This document shows positions 45,847 to 56,967 of a stretch of 64,000 nt of DNA, piece after piece; position 1 is the first letter of the stretch; every line of letters begins with the position of its first letter. A program made the translations under genes and the position numbers. Below the pieces are notes generated by a model. It did not search any database. It was given only the letters and a program-made list of their open reading frames with translations, and was not told the DNA's origin. Origin of the DNA: Parapedobacter sp. 2B3 (GTDB lineage: Bacteria > Bacteroidota > Bacteroidia > Sphingobacteriales > Sphingobacteriaceae); contig NZ_JBHEUZ010000014.1 of the NCBI RefSeq assembly GCF_041925275.1, positions 1-64,000 of the forward strand. Direction: 5' to 3'.

Positions 45847-47334
45847 ATGAATACTAAAGCGATGAGGCAGCGAACGATCTGTATACTGCTGCCGTTGATA
45901 CCACTGGTTTTCCTGAATAGTAATAAAAGCGTGTCGGAACCCATCGGCCCGCAAAGCAGACCCAATATTATTTACGTATTTGCCGATCAGTGGCGCGCCC
46001 AGGCAACCGGCTATGCCGGTGACCCAAACGTGCAGACACCGAATATCGATGCATTAGCTGCTAAAAGCGTTAATTTCGCTAACGCGGTATCCGTGATGCC
46101 CATCTGTACGCCCTATCGGGCAGCATTGCTGACCGGTCGCTACCCGGCAAATACGGGGATGTTTTTGAACGACCTATACCTGCCCGCAGCTGAATTAACC
46201 ATGGCTGAGATTTACAAGGAGGCCGGATATGAGACAGCTTATATTGGCAAATGGCACCTCGATGGCCATGGCAGATCGAGTTATATCCCCAAGGAAAGAA
46301 GGCAGGGATTTGATTTCTGGATGGGGAACGAATGTTCACATGAATATTACCAATCGATTTATTATGCAGGTGAAGATACCACAGCCCGGTACTGGGATGA
46401 TTATGATGTTTTTGCGCAGACCAAAGCTGCTGAAGCGTATATCAACGGTCGGTCAGCGTCGGATAATCCGTTTATCTTGGTTTTGTCATACGGACCTCCC
46501 CATACTCCCCGTCATGAGGTTCCTGAAAGGTATAAAGCAATGTATCCTGTGGAGTCCATTAAACTGAGTCCCAACGTGCCGGAAAGGATGGCAAAAAGGG
46601 TAAGGGAAGAAGCGGCTGGGTATTATGCTAACTGTACAGCGATCGATTCCTGTATTGGTGCGCTGCAACGGACAATAAAGGCGGCTGGTATCCATGAAAA
46701 TACGATTTTTGTTTTTACATCCGATCACGGTGAAATGCTGGGGTCACATGGGGCCGGTTCAGGTACCAAGCAGCGTCCCTGGGAGGAGTCAATTAGGGTG
46801 CCTTTTCTGCTTTCCTATCCTGCCCGGTTAGGCGTCGAAGGAAAAGAGATCAACGTGCCCATCAACACACCGGATATCCTGCCAACTCTTCTTGGCTTGG
46901 CTGGGGTAGACAAACCCCAGGTGCTGGAGGGAGACGACCTGTCGGACCTGATAACCGGGGAACAGGTGATGGACGACCGCGCGGCCCTGATCATGAATAT
47001 GGCGCCTTTCGCGGACTATAAAGACGGCCACGAATACAGGGGAATACGGACAGCCCGCTATACTTACGTGCGGAATCTGGAAGGGCCGTGGATGCTGTAC
47101 GATAATCAGCAAGACCCTTACCAGTTGAATAATCTGGTAAATACCCCCGGGAAAAAGGGGCTTCAGGAGCGTTTGGACAGGGAATTGAACAAGCTGCTTC
47201 GCGCCACGGGAGATGAGCTATTACCGCGTGCTCATTACATCGAAAAGTGGGGCTATACGGTCAGTCCAAGAAATGGAGCTATTCCTTATGAGGGAGAATC
47301 ACATCGTGTGCAGTCACCCACAGGGATAGAATAA
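45847..47334 (+). CDS. Sulfatase (Cys-type)
   Basis: 'NIIYVFADQW', 'CTPYRAALLTGRYP'. Confidence 0.85.
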   Translation: MNTKAMRQRTICILLPLIPLVFLNSNKSVSEPIGPQSRPNIIYVFADQWRAQATGYAGDPNVQTPNIDALAAKSVNFANAVSVMPICTPYRAALLTGRYPANTGMFLNDLYLPAAELTMAEIYKEAGYETAYIGKWHLDGHGRSSYIPKERRQGFDFWMGNECSHEYYQSIYYAGEDTTARYWDDYDVFAQTKAAEAYINGRSASDNPFILVLSYGPPHTPRHEVPERYKAMYPVESIKLSPNVPERMAKRVREEAAGYYANCTAIDSCIGALQRTIKAAGIHENTIFVFTSDHGEMLGSHGAGSGTKQRPWEESIRVPFLLSYPARLGVEGKEINVPINTPDILPTLLGLAGVDKPQVLEGDDLSDLITGEQVMDDRAALIMNMAPFADYKDGHEYRGIRTARYTYVRNLEGPWMLYDNQQDPYQLNNLVNTPGKKGLQERLDRELNKLLRATGDELLPRAHYIEKWGYTVSPRNGAIPYEGESHRVQSPTGIE

Positions 47335-47424
47335 AAGAACGATTTACAATACACGATATAACATCTAACATAAGTGTTATATCAATTTATAGTTTTGATA
47401 TACCCTAACAATTACTTTGCGATC

Positions 47425-49077
47425 ATGAAGAAGCTATTGATTATACTATCCGGGCCATTTTTGGCGCTGACATTGATCTGCGGTTCTATTCCTTGCAACA
47501 GCCAGGAGTACCGGGCAGACATTGTCATATATGGCGGCACGTCGGCGGCCGTCATCGCTTCCGTGGAGGCAAAAAAGGCGGGCAAATCTGTCATCATTGT
47601 GTCTCCTGACCGCCATCTTGGCGGGCTATCCTCAGGGGGGCTTGGTTTTACGGATACAGGCGATAAATCTGTGATCGGGGGGCTTGCCCGAGACTTTTAC
47701 CACCGTGTCTTTTTACACTATCAGCAAGATGCCGCCTGGCGCTGGCAGTTGAAGGAAATGTATGGCAATCGCGGGCAGGGAACTCCCGCGATCGATGGCG
47801 ATGCCCGAACCATGTGGATTTTTGAACCCCATGTGGCTGAAAAAATATTTGAGGAACTGATTGCTGAAAACGATATTACCGTCTATCGGGATGAATGGCT
47901 GGACCGCGAGGGTGGGTCGGAGGTTGAAGACGGTTACATACGCGCCTTCCGCACCCTGAACGGGAAACGGTTTGAAGGGGAAGTATTCATCGACGCCACC
48001 TACGAAGGCGATCTGATGGCTGCCGCCGGAGTCCGTTATCATGTGGGCAGGGAGGCCAATAGCATATATGGTGAAAGGTGGAACGGCGTACAGGTCGGCG
48101 TGCTCCATCATGGCCATTGGTTCAGGGCGCCCATTAGCCCCTTCAACATACCCGGCGATTCTACCAGCGGCCTGGTCTTCGGCGTCTCGCCCGAACCTCC
48201 CGGTGAATACGGGACGGAGGACAAGAAAGTCCAAGCCTATTGTTTCAGGATGTGCCTGAGCAACCACCCGGATAACCGTGTACCCTTTGCGAAGCCTGAT
48301 AATTATCAGCCGGAACACTACGAACTGCTGGCACGCGTATTTGCTTCAGGGTGGCGCCAGACATTCAGGAAGTTTGACCCCATCCCCAACCGGAAGACGG
48401 ACACGAATAACCATGGGCCATTCAGCACGGATTTCATCGGCATGAATTACGATTATCCGGAGGCGGATTATGAGCTCCGGGAAGCGATCATACAAGCACA
48501 CCAGGACTACCAGAAAGGACTGATGTACTTCCTAGCCAATGATCTCCGCGTACCAGAGGAGGTGAGGCAAGAGATGGCGCAGTGGGGGTTGGCTAAAGAT
48601 GAATTTATAGACAACGGCCATTGGCCACATCAACTGTATATTCGTGAAGCACGCAGGATGATCGGCGCTTACGTGATGACCGAACACGATGTTTTCAGTA
48701 CAAGGAATGTCCCACATGCTGTGGGCATGGGTTCTTATACGCTCGATTCGCACAATGTACAGCGGTATGTGAAAGCGGATGGTTATGTGCAGAATGAAGG
48801 AGATATTGGTGTACACACCAAGGGGCCTTATCAAATTGCCTATGGAGCAATAACACCAAAACGCGAGGAATGCAAAAACCTGTTGGTGCCCGTATGTGTG
48901 TCCAGTTCGCATATTGCCTTTGGCTCCATCCGGATGGAGCCGGTGTTCATGATATTGGGGCAGAGTGCCGCTGCTGCCGCCTGCTTAGCCATTGACGGCG
49001 GCGTAGCGGTACAGGATATCAGCTACGATAGCCTGAAAGAACGCCTGTTAGTCGGCAAACAAATTTTGGGCCGATAA
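47425..49077 (+). CDS. FAD-dependent oxidoreductase family protein (PUL-associated 'FAD_oxidored' type)
   Basis: Signal peptide; 'DIVIYGGTSAAVIASVEAKKAGKSVIIV' Rossmann GxGxxA/G dinucleotide motif. Confidence 0.65.
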   Translation: MKKLLIILSGPFLALTLICGSIPCNSQEYRADIVIYGGTSAAVIASVEAKKAGKSVIIVSPDRHLGGLSSGGLGFTDTGDKSVIGGLARDFYHRVFLHYQQDAAWRWQLKEMYGNRGQGTPAIDGDARTMWIFEPHVAEKIFEELIAENDITVYRDEWLDREGGSEVEDGYIRAFRTLNGKRFEGEVFIDATYEGDLMAAAGVRYHVGREANSIYGERWNGVQVGVLHHGHWFRAPISPFNIPGDSTSGLVFGVSPEPPGEYGTEDKKVQAYCFRMCLSNHPDNRVPFAKPDNYQPEHYELLARVFASGWRQTFRKFDPIPNRKTDTNNHGPFSTDFIGMNYDYPEADYELREAIIQAHQDYQKGLMYFLANDLRVPEEVRQEMAQWGLAKDEFIDNGHWPHQLYIREARRMIGAYVMTEHDVFSTRNVPHAVGMGSYTLDSHNVQRYVKADGYVQNEGDIGVHTKGPYQIAYGAITPKREECKNLLVPVCVSSSHIAFGSIRMEPVFMILGQSAAAAACLAIDGGVAVQDISYDSLKERLLVGKQILGR

Positions 49078-49094
49078 GGTAGGTTTGCTATGCA

Positions 49095-50864
49095 TCAGTG
49101 ATCTGCGAAGTAATCCCTGATTACATGCCAGGCTTTCTTTTTTTCGCCATGTTCGGACAGTAATCCCTTCCGGTTCCACCCGTTCTGATAGCTGCTGTGC
49201 ATGCGGGTGGGGCTTCGGAAGTCGGCAAGTACCCAGGGACATACACCACGTAGCTGCGGATTCGAACGGAACATCCGGATGTTGTCTTCCATCACTTTCG
49301 CTTGGTATTCCTCTGTCCATGAACTGGCCGTATCGGCTGTACCGTGATTGCCATACACGGCCTCGGCGCCAAACTCGGAAATGATGAGCGGTTTTTTGTA
49401 AGTCGTTTCCCATTGTATATTTCCGGGCCCGGCAGGCCACGGGGTATACCAACCCATGTATTTATTTGCGGCCAGGATGTCGAGGTCTTCACTCAGCGGG
49501 TCGTCAATGATGATCTTATTACCTGAATACTTGAATTGATCAAAGGCAGAAGCGATTAAACGCGTTGGATCCAGCGTTCTCGAAAAGGAAGCCAGTGCGC
49601 GCAGCACGCGATTCCGATCGGGTGTTGGCCGAGTTTCGTTGGATAGGCTCCAGATGATAACGCCACACCTGTTCTTATCGCGCGAAATCATGTCCTTAAG
49701 CATGGTTTGTGCTTTTTCTGTAATTTCGGAGCTGGTGAAGTCGACCCCTTGCCATATGGGAATCTCCTCCCAAAGCATAAATCCCATTTCCTCTGCTTTA
49801 CGGATTAGGAATTCGTGCTGTGGATAGTGTGATGTACGGATGAAATTGCACCCCAGTTCGCGGGCTTGCAGCAGCAGTTGCATAGCATCGGCTTCCGAAG
49901 CAACCCGGCTTTTGCGTTGAGGAATCTCTTCATGGATACTGATCCCTTTCAGGAATATCGGTTCGCCGTTCAACAGCAACTCATCGCCCGCTACGTCAAT
50001 ATTTCGGAATCCTATCTTTTCACTGATTTGATCATGATCCGAGTTGATTTCTACGTGGTATAGTTTCGGATTCGAAGGTGACCAACGTTCCACTGCCGTA
50101 TGGAATGCGAAAGACACGTAACCATCTGCCGCTGCCATGAAGGTGTGCTTGATGCCGGCATCCGGTATGGAAATGGTGATGGGTTCACTACCCGTAACGC
50201 CATTGAGTTGAAGCCATCCCGCTATCGTGTCTTTACTCCCTTTTTTTAATTGGATGAAATAATCGGCGATATAGCTTGCGGGGGTTGTAATTAGGTTGAC
50301 ATCACGGGTGATACCACCATAGTTCCACCAGTCGAAGTTTAAGGCCGGTATGCCATTGGCCGACCTGCGGTTATCCACTTTGACGATCAGTTTGTTTTTC
50401 CCCGGGTGGAGCTGATCCGTTATTTCAAACTGAAAGGGCGTAAACCCACCTTCATGGGTACCCAGCAAGCTACCGTTGAGGTATACTTTGGCGGCATAGT
50501 TTACGGCACCGAAATGGATAAATTGCCGTTGACCGGGCTCGGGAGCCACTTCAAATTCTTTTTTATACCAGATCACGCCTTCGTAGTATTCCAGGTTGGG
50601 CCGCTGCGAGTTCCAATCGGCGGGGATGTTCAGGGTGGCATCACCAAAACTATATTCATTGAAACTGTTTTTGTTTTTTGGCGGTTCATCCAAGTGAATC
50701 CGCCGCTGCTCACCGCGGTCATACCAATCAACGATGGCTTGCCATTTGCCATTCAGGCTCATGGCATTCCGGCCGGCGACATTGGTCATACAGGGTCGTG
50801 TGTCAGCGTAGCCTTTGGGAGCGATGGTCAGTGCGAGGCACGTAGCAAGAAATAAACGGATCAT
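49095..50864 (-). CDS. Glycoside hydrolase family 2 protein (beta-glucuronidase/beta-mannosidase-like)
   Basis: 589 aa; signal; 'AKVYLNGSLLGTHEGGFTPFQFEIT' resembles the GH2 sugar-binding-domain motif; TIM-barrel 'IIWSLSNE'. Confidence 0.7.
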   Translation of the reverse strand: MIRLFLATCLALTIAPKGYADTRPCMTNVAGRNAMSLNGKWQAIVDWYDRGEQRRIHLDEPPKNKNSFNEYSFGDATLNIPADWNSQRPNLEYYEGVIWYKKEFEVAPEPGQRQFIHFGAVNYAAKVYLNGSLLGTHEGGFTPFQFEITDQLHPGKNKLIVKVDNRRSANGIPALNFDWWNYGGITRDVNLITTPASYIADYFIQLKKGSKDTIAGWLQLNGVTGSEPITISIPDAGIKHTFMAAADGYVSFAFHTAVERWSPSNPKLYHVEINSDHDQISEKIGFRNIDVAGDELLLNGEPIFLKGISIHEEIPQRKSRVASEADAMQLLLQARELGCNFIRTSHYPQHEFLIRKAEEMGFMLWEEIPIWQGVDFTSSEITEKAQTMLKDMISRDKNRCGVIIWSLSNETRPTPDRNRVLRALASFSRTLDPTRLIASAFDQFKYSGNKIIIDDPLSEDLDILAANKYMGWYTPWPAGPGNIQWETTYKKPLIISEFGAEAVYGNHGTADTASSWTEEYQAKVMEDNIRMFRSNPQLRGVCPWVLADFRSPTRMHSSYQNGWNRKGLLSEHGEKKKAWHVIRDYFADH

Positions 50865-52279
50865 TTTTTTACGTTATTCAAATCGATGGGCAATGGTACG
50901 AAGTCCTGGTAGCGTATCATCCACTTGTTCAGTGCCGCCAGAAGCTGTTGTTGCTGGCTGGCTAATTCGTTGTTGCCGTATAGATTATTTAGTTCATAAG
51001 GGTCTTTTTCCAGATCGAATAGCTCAAACATGGGACGGGGTCGCGCGAAAATTAATCGACGGAAGGACGCGTCCAACGCCCCGTCGTTGTTTAGGGCTAC
51101 AAGTTCTCTCCAAAAGGCTTGGCCGTTCATGTCGGTCGGCGTATAGGAAAGGGTAGGCAGCACATTATAAATCAATTTATAACGTTTCCCCATAACGCTG
51201 CGCGAAAGGTCAAATGCGTTTGTCGAAGTCGGCAGCATGTCAGCATGAGCACCCCGTTGCGCAAAGATATAATCAGTTGCCGCGTAGTCGCCGCCGTGTA
51301 ACAGTTCCTTAAAGCTGCGGCCCGACATTTGCTTGTCGGGTGGCACGCCTGCTATCGTAAGTACCGTAGGCGCGAGGTCTTCACCGGACAGCAAGGCATC
51401 GCTTACTGTTCCCTGCTTGATGCCCTTGTCCCAACGCAAGATGAGCGGTACACGTAGGCCGGCTTGGTAAAGTGTACCTTTGCCCCTCAGCAGGGCTGCA
51501 CCGTTATCGCCCATGAAGATGATCAACGTGTTTTCCATGAGTCCGCGGTCTCGGAGTTCGTTGAGGAGGAGTCCTACCTGTTCGTCCAGTTGTTGGATTT
51601 CTCCGTAGTAGGCCGCAAGATCCTTTCGCAGGTTCTCGGTGTCCGGATAGTCGGGTGGGAGGACTAGGCTACCCGGTGCGGGTAAAAATTCGGCAGGTGC
51701 CGTGTATGGACGATGCGGGTTGCTGTAGTTGACCCACAGAAAGAAGGGCTTGCTATCCGGTACGCTTTCGAGAAATGACCGCATCACGTTGAGGTTTTCT
51801 TCGTCGGGGCCGGTTTGAAGGAAATCGACCCGTCGATGGAAGGTCCGCAGTTGAAACTCGTCAAAGACCGCTGCCGCTTCGGGCGATTGCCGGCCGGAAC
51901 CGTCTAGGTGATAACTCCTGCCCTGGATGCCGGTATAATATCCTGCAGACCGGAGTAGCTCTGGAAACGTTACGATATCCGCCGGCAACGGTGCGGAAAA
52001 CCGGGTCATCCGGATGTCAACGGCATTCCTGCCGGTCATTAGCGTAGCCCGGGAAGGCACGCATTGCGGCGAGCCGGTATACATTTGTGTGAACCGCACA
52101 CCGTGGTGGGCAATCGCATCGATGTTCGGCGTATGGATGTTTGGGTCGCCGTAGCAGCTTAGGTGCGGTGCACTATGGTCATCACTCAGTATAAACAGGA
52201 TGTTGGGGTGTTGCCCGTTTTGGCAGAAAGAAAGCCCGGGCAACACCACCAACAGCATCGCTAAAAGGTGTGGTTTCAT
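50861..52279 (-). CDS. Sulfatase (Cys-type)
   Basis: 'NILFILSDDH', 'CVPSRATLMTGR'; start ATG at 52279 immediately abuts the SusD stop. Confidence 0.85.
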   Translation of the reverse strand: MKPHLLAMLLVVLPGLSFCQNGQHPNILFILSDDHSAPHLSCYGDPNIHTPNIDAIAHHGVRFTQMYTGSPQCVPSRATLMTGRNAVDIRMTRFSAPLPADIVTFPELLRSAGYYTGIQGRSYHLDGSGRQSPEAAAVFDEFQLRTFHRRVDFLQTGPDEENLNVMRSFLESVPDSKPFFLWVNYSNPHRPYTAPAEFLPAPGSLVLPPDYPDTENLRKDLAAYYGEIQQLDEQVGLLLNELRDRGLMENTLIIFMGDNGAALLRGKGTLYQAGLRVPLILRWDKGIKQGTVSDALLSGEDLAPTVLTIAGVPPDKQMSGRSFKELLHGGDYAATDYIFAQRGAHADMLPTSTNAFDLSRSVMGKRYKLIYNVLPTLSYTPTDMNGQAFWRELVALNNDGALDASFRRLIFARPRPMFELFDLEKDPYELNNLYGNNELASQQQQLLAALNKWMIRYQDFVPLPIDLNNVKK

Positions 52280-52280
52280 G

Positions 52281-53840
52281 CTATTTCCAGGCATCGTGTT
52301 GTATCAACGCCTTGTTGGCATCCAGTTCGCTGAGCGGAATAGGAAACGTTTCCGAGCGCTTGTTTTGGTATCGCGGATTGTAACCATTCAGGTTGTCGGC
52401 GACCATGCGTTCGTAAGCCTCGCTTACTATTCCCCAGCGTATCAGGTCGAAGAACCGCAGCCCTTCAAAAGCGAATTCCACGCGGCGTTCGTGCCGTATG
52501 ATGTCCCGTAGTTGCGGTTGTGACAGCCCCGTGCCCTCTGCTTCCTGTACGGTGGGCATACCTACTCCTGGCCGTTGCCGTACCTGGTTGATGAGCGAAT
52601 ACACCTCGTCACCGATCTGGTTATCTTCGATCAGCGCTTCTGCCCGCATAAGCAACACGTCTGCATAACGCAATATGTAAAAATCCTGGCCCCCGTTTCC
52701 AGCAGGGCCAATGCCCGCATCCGATGTCCTCGTGCGTATGTATTTTTTTAGGCCATAACCGGTTACATTATTGCCATTAAAGGCGTTTCCTACATCAGTA
52801 ATATAGATATCACCTTTAAACCATACGCTCGCGAGCAGCCTCGGATCCCGATTTTCTTTTGGATTACTGGGATTGTACAGATCGGAAACCGTAATTGGCT
52901 TGCCATCCGTACAATAAAAATCAGCCACGAGATTGGGCAGGGGCTGTTTATCGACCTTTGGCTGTCCAACATAGGTAGACGAGAACGTTTCGTTGGCTGA
53001 GAAGCCCGGGGTTTCTACGAATCGTACGGAGAAAACCACATCTTTGGAATTTTCTCCGTCTTCCGTAAATTGCACATCGTAGGGCAGACTCAAATCATAT
53101 TGCCCAAGCGCAATGACATCTTGCGCCGCGGCGGCGGCTTTTTTCCAATCCTGATCGAGAAGGTACACTCGGGCAAGCAAGCCGTATGCAGCACCTTTGG
53201 TGGCGTGTCCGTACCTATCCGCGGATTGTGTGGTCGGAAGAAGGTCGGCAGCTTGTTGAAGATCAGCGATGATTTGGTCTAGCACCTGCCGTTTGGGTGT
53301 TTTTGCCACCTGTGCTGTTTCCAGTGTTTGGGGTTCAGTGATTAGCGGCACGTCTTCATAATAGGTAACGAGATTTAAATAGAATAAAGCCCTTAAAAAA
53401 AGCGATTGTCCCATGAAGTTGTCCTTTGCTGCCGTGCTGATCTGGTCTTCGGTCATCTTGGGGAGGTTTGTGATTGCTTGGTTACTTCTCACAATGCCCC
53501 GGTAATTGGCCAGCCAGAAATTCTCGAACATCCCAGTTGTTGAGGCAGACACGTTTCCCTCCACGTAATTCCCCGGGCCTTCATATTTCCATAAGTTAAA
53601 GGAATTGTCGGTAAAACTGTCGTACATCGGGATGCCGGCATCGCCGTTGAGGTTGCCGCTGTAAAGCTGACGCGTTTGCAGTACGTCGTAAATGCCATTT
53701 ATTGCAAGCAAAGCATCCTTTTCATTTTGCCAGAAGTTGTCGGCGGCCAACTGGGTCAGCGAGTGTCGGTCCAAAAAGCCTTCCGAACATCCTATAAACG
53801 TTAAGGGGAGGGCAATGATGATTGTTAATATTCTTTTCAT
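52281..53840 (-). CDS. RagB/SusD-family nutrient-binding outer membrane lipoprotein
   Basis: 519 aa; lipobox 'FIGCSE'; TPR-like helical SusD architecture; located immediately downstream of SusC. Confidence 0.85.
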   Translation of the reverse strand: MKRILTIIIALPLTFIGCSEGFLDRHSLTQLAADNFWQNEKDALLAINGIYDVLQTRQLYSGNLNGDAGIPMYDSFTDNSFNLWKYEGPGNYVEGNVSASTTGMFENFWLANYRGIVRSNQAITNLPKMTEDQISTAAKDNFMGQSLFLRALFYLNLVTYYEDVPLITEPQTLETAQVAKTPKRQVLDQIIADLQQAADLLPTTQSADRYGHATKGAAYGLLARVYLLDQDWKKAAAAAQDVIALGQYDLSLPYDVQFTEDGENSKDVVFSVRFVETPGFSANETFSSTYVGQPKVDKQPLPNLVADFYCTDGKPITVSDLYNPSNPKENRDPRLLASVWFKGDIYITDVGNAFNGNNVTGYGLKKYIRTRTSDAGIGPAGNGGQDFYILRYADVLLMRAEALIEDNQIGDEVYSLINQVRQRPGVGMPTVQEAEGTGLSQPQLRDIIRHERRVEFAFEGLRFFDLIRWGIVSEAYERMVADNLNGYNPRYQNKRSETFPIPLSELDANKALIQHDAWK

Positions 53841-53859
53841 GATGGTGTTTTCTTTTTAT

Positions 53860-56800
53860 TTAGAAACTTACGTTAAGGCCACCCGTAATTACCTGATATA
53901 ATGGGACACTCCGTGCGTTGGTATTGCCGGCAGCACGTTCGGGGTCGAAATTTTTCATTTTGGTAAACGTCAGCATATTCTGGCCGGAGATAAAAAGCCT
54001 AATGCCGCTCACCTGGATTTTTTGCAACAGTGTGCGCGGCAATGTGTAGCCGAGTTCGATGTTTTTGAGGCGGAGGTAAGAGGCGTCTTCGACATAGAAT
54101 GTAGACAACACATGGTTGTTAGCCCCTCCCATACGCGGCAGCGAAGTGCTTGGGTTTTCAGGAGTCCAGCGCGACGTCCAATGGCTAAGCGAATTACTTC
54201 GTTCGTCATTTAATGGCTGTTGGCCATTTCCAATCAGGATGCGGTCCACATCCGCAATACCCTGTAATAAGATACCAAGGTCAATACCTTTATAGTTAAA
54301 ATTGGCGTTGAGACCAAATAGCCAAAGCGGGTACGGATTGCCGATTACAGTTCGATCGAACGCATCGATAATGCCATCGGGTTCTCCCGCAGGTCCACTT
54401 AAGTCGGCATAGCGGATGTCGCCGGCGGCTGTCCGTGGACTACCGAACTGAATAGGTGCCGCGGCTACTTCTTCGGCCGTTTGAAATATCCCTTCCATCA
54501 CATAGCCATAGTAAGCTTGAAAGGGATCTCCAGCACGCGTGATGGTGTTGCCATCAATGGTTTGAACTCCGGAGCCTAAGCTTGTTACGTTGTTTTTGGC
54601 AAAGCGTGTCATGTTGAGTCCGACGGCATAGTTAAATTCCCCATTTCTTTCGGTATAATTCAAGTTCAATTCAACGCCTTTATTAACCATTTCCGCAGCA
54701 TTCTGAGCCGCCAGGCTGTTGACGCCCAGCGTGCCGGGAATTGGGAAATTGGTGTAGAGGATATCGTAGCTCCGACGATTGAAGTAGTCCGCTTCCAGGG
54801 TTAGCCGGTTATTAAGCAAAGCGAGGTCCAGCCCGATGTTGTATTGCTCGGTGGTTTCCCACAGGATAGTCGGGTTTGCGAGGCTCGTCAAGGCAACGCC
54901 ACCGACAACAACACCGTCACCAAGTACGTAGTCAAGTCCTGCGTTATACGTTTGGTCGTATATGTAATTATCGATACCGTTATTGCCGGTACGTCCCCAG
55001 CTTCCGCGCAGTTTCAGGTCCGATAACACGGACGAAGACATGTTTTTGATAAAAGGCTCTTCGGATATCCGCCAGCCTGCGGAAAACGAGGGGAATGTAC
55101 CGTACCGATTGCCGGGACCAAATTTAGAGGATCCGTCACGCCGTATGTTGGCCTCGAACAAATACCTTTCAAGATAATCGTAATTTACCCGTCCGAAAAA
55201 GGATTGCATGCTTTGTTCGCTCGCACCCCCGGCTACAGTGGGGTTAGCAACCCCGCCGGCGTTAAATTCATGCAGGTTGTCGGAAGGGAAACTTTGCAGT
55301 GAGCCGTTGAAGTTATCATTCCGGTCATAGATGACTGAATGGCCCGCAAGGATTTGCAGCCGGTGATCCGAAAGGGCAGCCTGATAGCGTAAAAGATTTT
55401 CGCTCATCACCCGGTAGTGCTTGTTAAAGCTGTTTGATAACGAGTTGAGGTCGTTTGCACTGATGAGATTGCCATCGTAGTCTCTCCGTTCCGTGGTCGG
55501 GCGGAAGCTGGAATCGTCAAAAAAGTTCAGATTAAGTGTTGCTGCGCTTTCAAAGCTGAACCCTTTAAAGGTTGCTTTCATGCTAAGGCGATCATTGATG
55601 TTATAGTCGTGTGAAACGAAATCACCCAATTCACCGATTTGCATAGGCTGAAACTCGGTTCCTAATGACGGGTTGACGTTTCGCCACGCCCCATCAACAA
55701 ACCCATAGCCGCCGTGAGAATAATAGGCTGGAATGGTAGGTGGGTTCCTACGGAAGGAATAAATCATGTTATTCACCACCCCTGATCCACCCGACGGCCC
55801 GACGAACTTATTCAATGTTCCATTAAGATTATTACTAATGCTAAGCCAGTCTTTTAAGTCCGACTGGACGTTTGCTCGGAAGTTGTACCGCTTCGACCTG
55901 AATTTACCTATCACGATTGCGCCTTGGTCTAGATAGCCCAACGAAATCCTGTAAAGGGTGTTCTCGTTGCCTCCCGACAAGGAAAGGTAGTGATTCTGGA
56001 TGGGCGCGTCTTGCATTATTTCTGCCGCCCAGTCCGTATTTGCAAATTGATCTGGATTGGAGCCGTCCCGGATTTGCTGCAACTGCCCTTCCGTATAGCG
56101 GGGGTTGAAGGGCCTTCCATCAGCCTCATTTTCGTACTTCTCGTTCATCAATTCCGCATACGCTATCGCATTTAAAAAGGTAGGCATTATTGTAGGCCGC
56201 TGGAAGCCCACGTAGTTGTTGTATTCCACCTTGAATTTGGAGGCCTGTCCCTGTTTGGTTGTGATCACGATTACCCCGTTAGCTCCACGTGCGCCGTAGA
56301 TTGCCCCCGCAGACGCATCTTTAAGGACGGTAATCGTTTCGATGTCGGCAGGAGCCAACCTGTTGAACTCGGCAAGCCCAGTAAATTGCATTCCGTCGAT
56401 CACAACCAATGGCACTGAATTTCCGAATGTCCCCAGCCCGCGGATATTGATGGTTGAGCCATCAGTTCCAGGAAGTCCATTTCCCTGCGTGAGCTGGACC
56501 CCTGAAAAGCGACCATACATCAATTGGGCAGAGTTACTCACCGGTGTGTTAACCACACTATCCAGTTGGAGCGTTTGGACGGCACCCGTGAGGTTTACCT
56601 TTTTTTGCGTACCATAGCCGACTACTACAATTTCGTCCAATTCCGTTTTGGAAGCAGCTAGGGAGACTGTTAGATTTGCCGGACCATCGATGGCCACATC
56701 TTTTGATTGGTAACCAACGAAAGAAAAACGCAAGGTGCTTTGACCGCCCTTGACCGCCAAAGTGAAAGTGCCTTGGTCATCGGTTAGCATTGCATTTCCG

Positions 56801-56967
56801 GTCCCGATTTCTGTGACACTTACCCCTGCGAGGGGAGAATTGTCAGAGGCGTCGATAACCCTTCCCCTAACCGTCACCTGTGAGTAGGCTGCGCTTGTAA
56901 ATAGCAGAAGTTGCAATAGTAGAAATAGATTACATAACTTCGTTATTGAAAATATAAATATACGCAT
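53860..56967 (-). CDS. SusC/RagA-family TonB-linked outer membrane transporter
   Basis: Signal 'MRIFIFSITKLCNLFLLLQLLLFTSAAYSQ'; CarbopepD-reg 'VRGRVIDASDNSPLAGVSV'; plug 'VVVGYGTQKK'; C-terminal 'GLNVSF'. Confidence 0.9.
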   Translation of the reverse strand: MRIFIFSITKLCNLFLLLQLLLFTSAAYSQVTVRGRVIDASDNSPLAGVSVTEIGTGNAMLTDDQGTFTLAVKGGQSTLRFSFVGYQSKDVAIDGPANLTVSLAASKTELDEIVVVGYGTQKKVNLTGAVQTLQLDSVVNTPVSNSAQLMYGRFSGVQLTQGNGLPGTDGSTINIRGLGTFGNSVPLVVIDGMQFTGLAEFNRLAPADIETITVLKDASAGAIYGARGANGVIVITTKQGQASKFKVEYNNYVGFQRPTIMPTFLNAIAYAELMNEKYENEADGRPFNPRYTEGQLQQIRDGSNPDQFANTDWAAEIMQDAPIQNHYLSLSGGNENTLYRISLGYLDQGAIVIGKFRSKRYNFRANVQSDLKDWLSISNNLNGTLNKFVGPSGGSGVVNNMIYSFRRNPPTIPAYYSHGGYGFVDGAWRNVNPSLGTEFQPMQIGELGDFVSHDYNINDRLSMKATFKGFSFESAATLNLNFFDDSSFRPTTERRDYDGNLISANDLNSLSNSFNKHYRVMSENLLRYQAALSDHRLQILAGHSVIYDRNDNFNGSLQSFPSDNLHEFNAGGVANPTVAGGASEQSMQSFFGRVNYDYLERYLFEANIRRDGSSKFGPGNRYGTFPSFSAGWRISEEPFIKNMSSSVLSDLKLRGSWGRTGNNGIDNYIYDQTYNAGLDYVLGDGVVVGGVALTSLANPTILWETTEQYNIGLDLALLNNRLTLEADYFNRRSYDILYTNFPIPGTLGVNSLAAQNAAEMVNKGVELNLNYTERNGEFNYAVGLNMTRFAKNNVTSLGSGVQTIDGNTITRAGDPFQAYYGYVMEGIFQTAEEVAAAPIQFGSPRTAAGDIRYADLSGPAGEPDGIIDAFDRTVIGNPYPLWLFGLNANFNYKGIDLGILLQGIADVDRILIGNGQQPLNDERSNSLSHWTSRWTPENPSTSLPRMGGANNHVLSTFYVEDASYLRLKNIELGYTLPRTLLQKIQVSGIRLFISGQNMLTFTKMKNFDPERAAGNTNARSVPLYQVITGGLNVSF

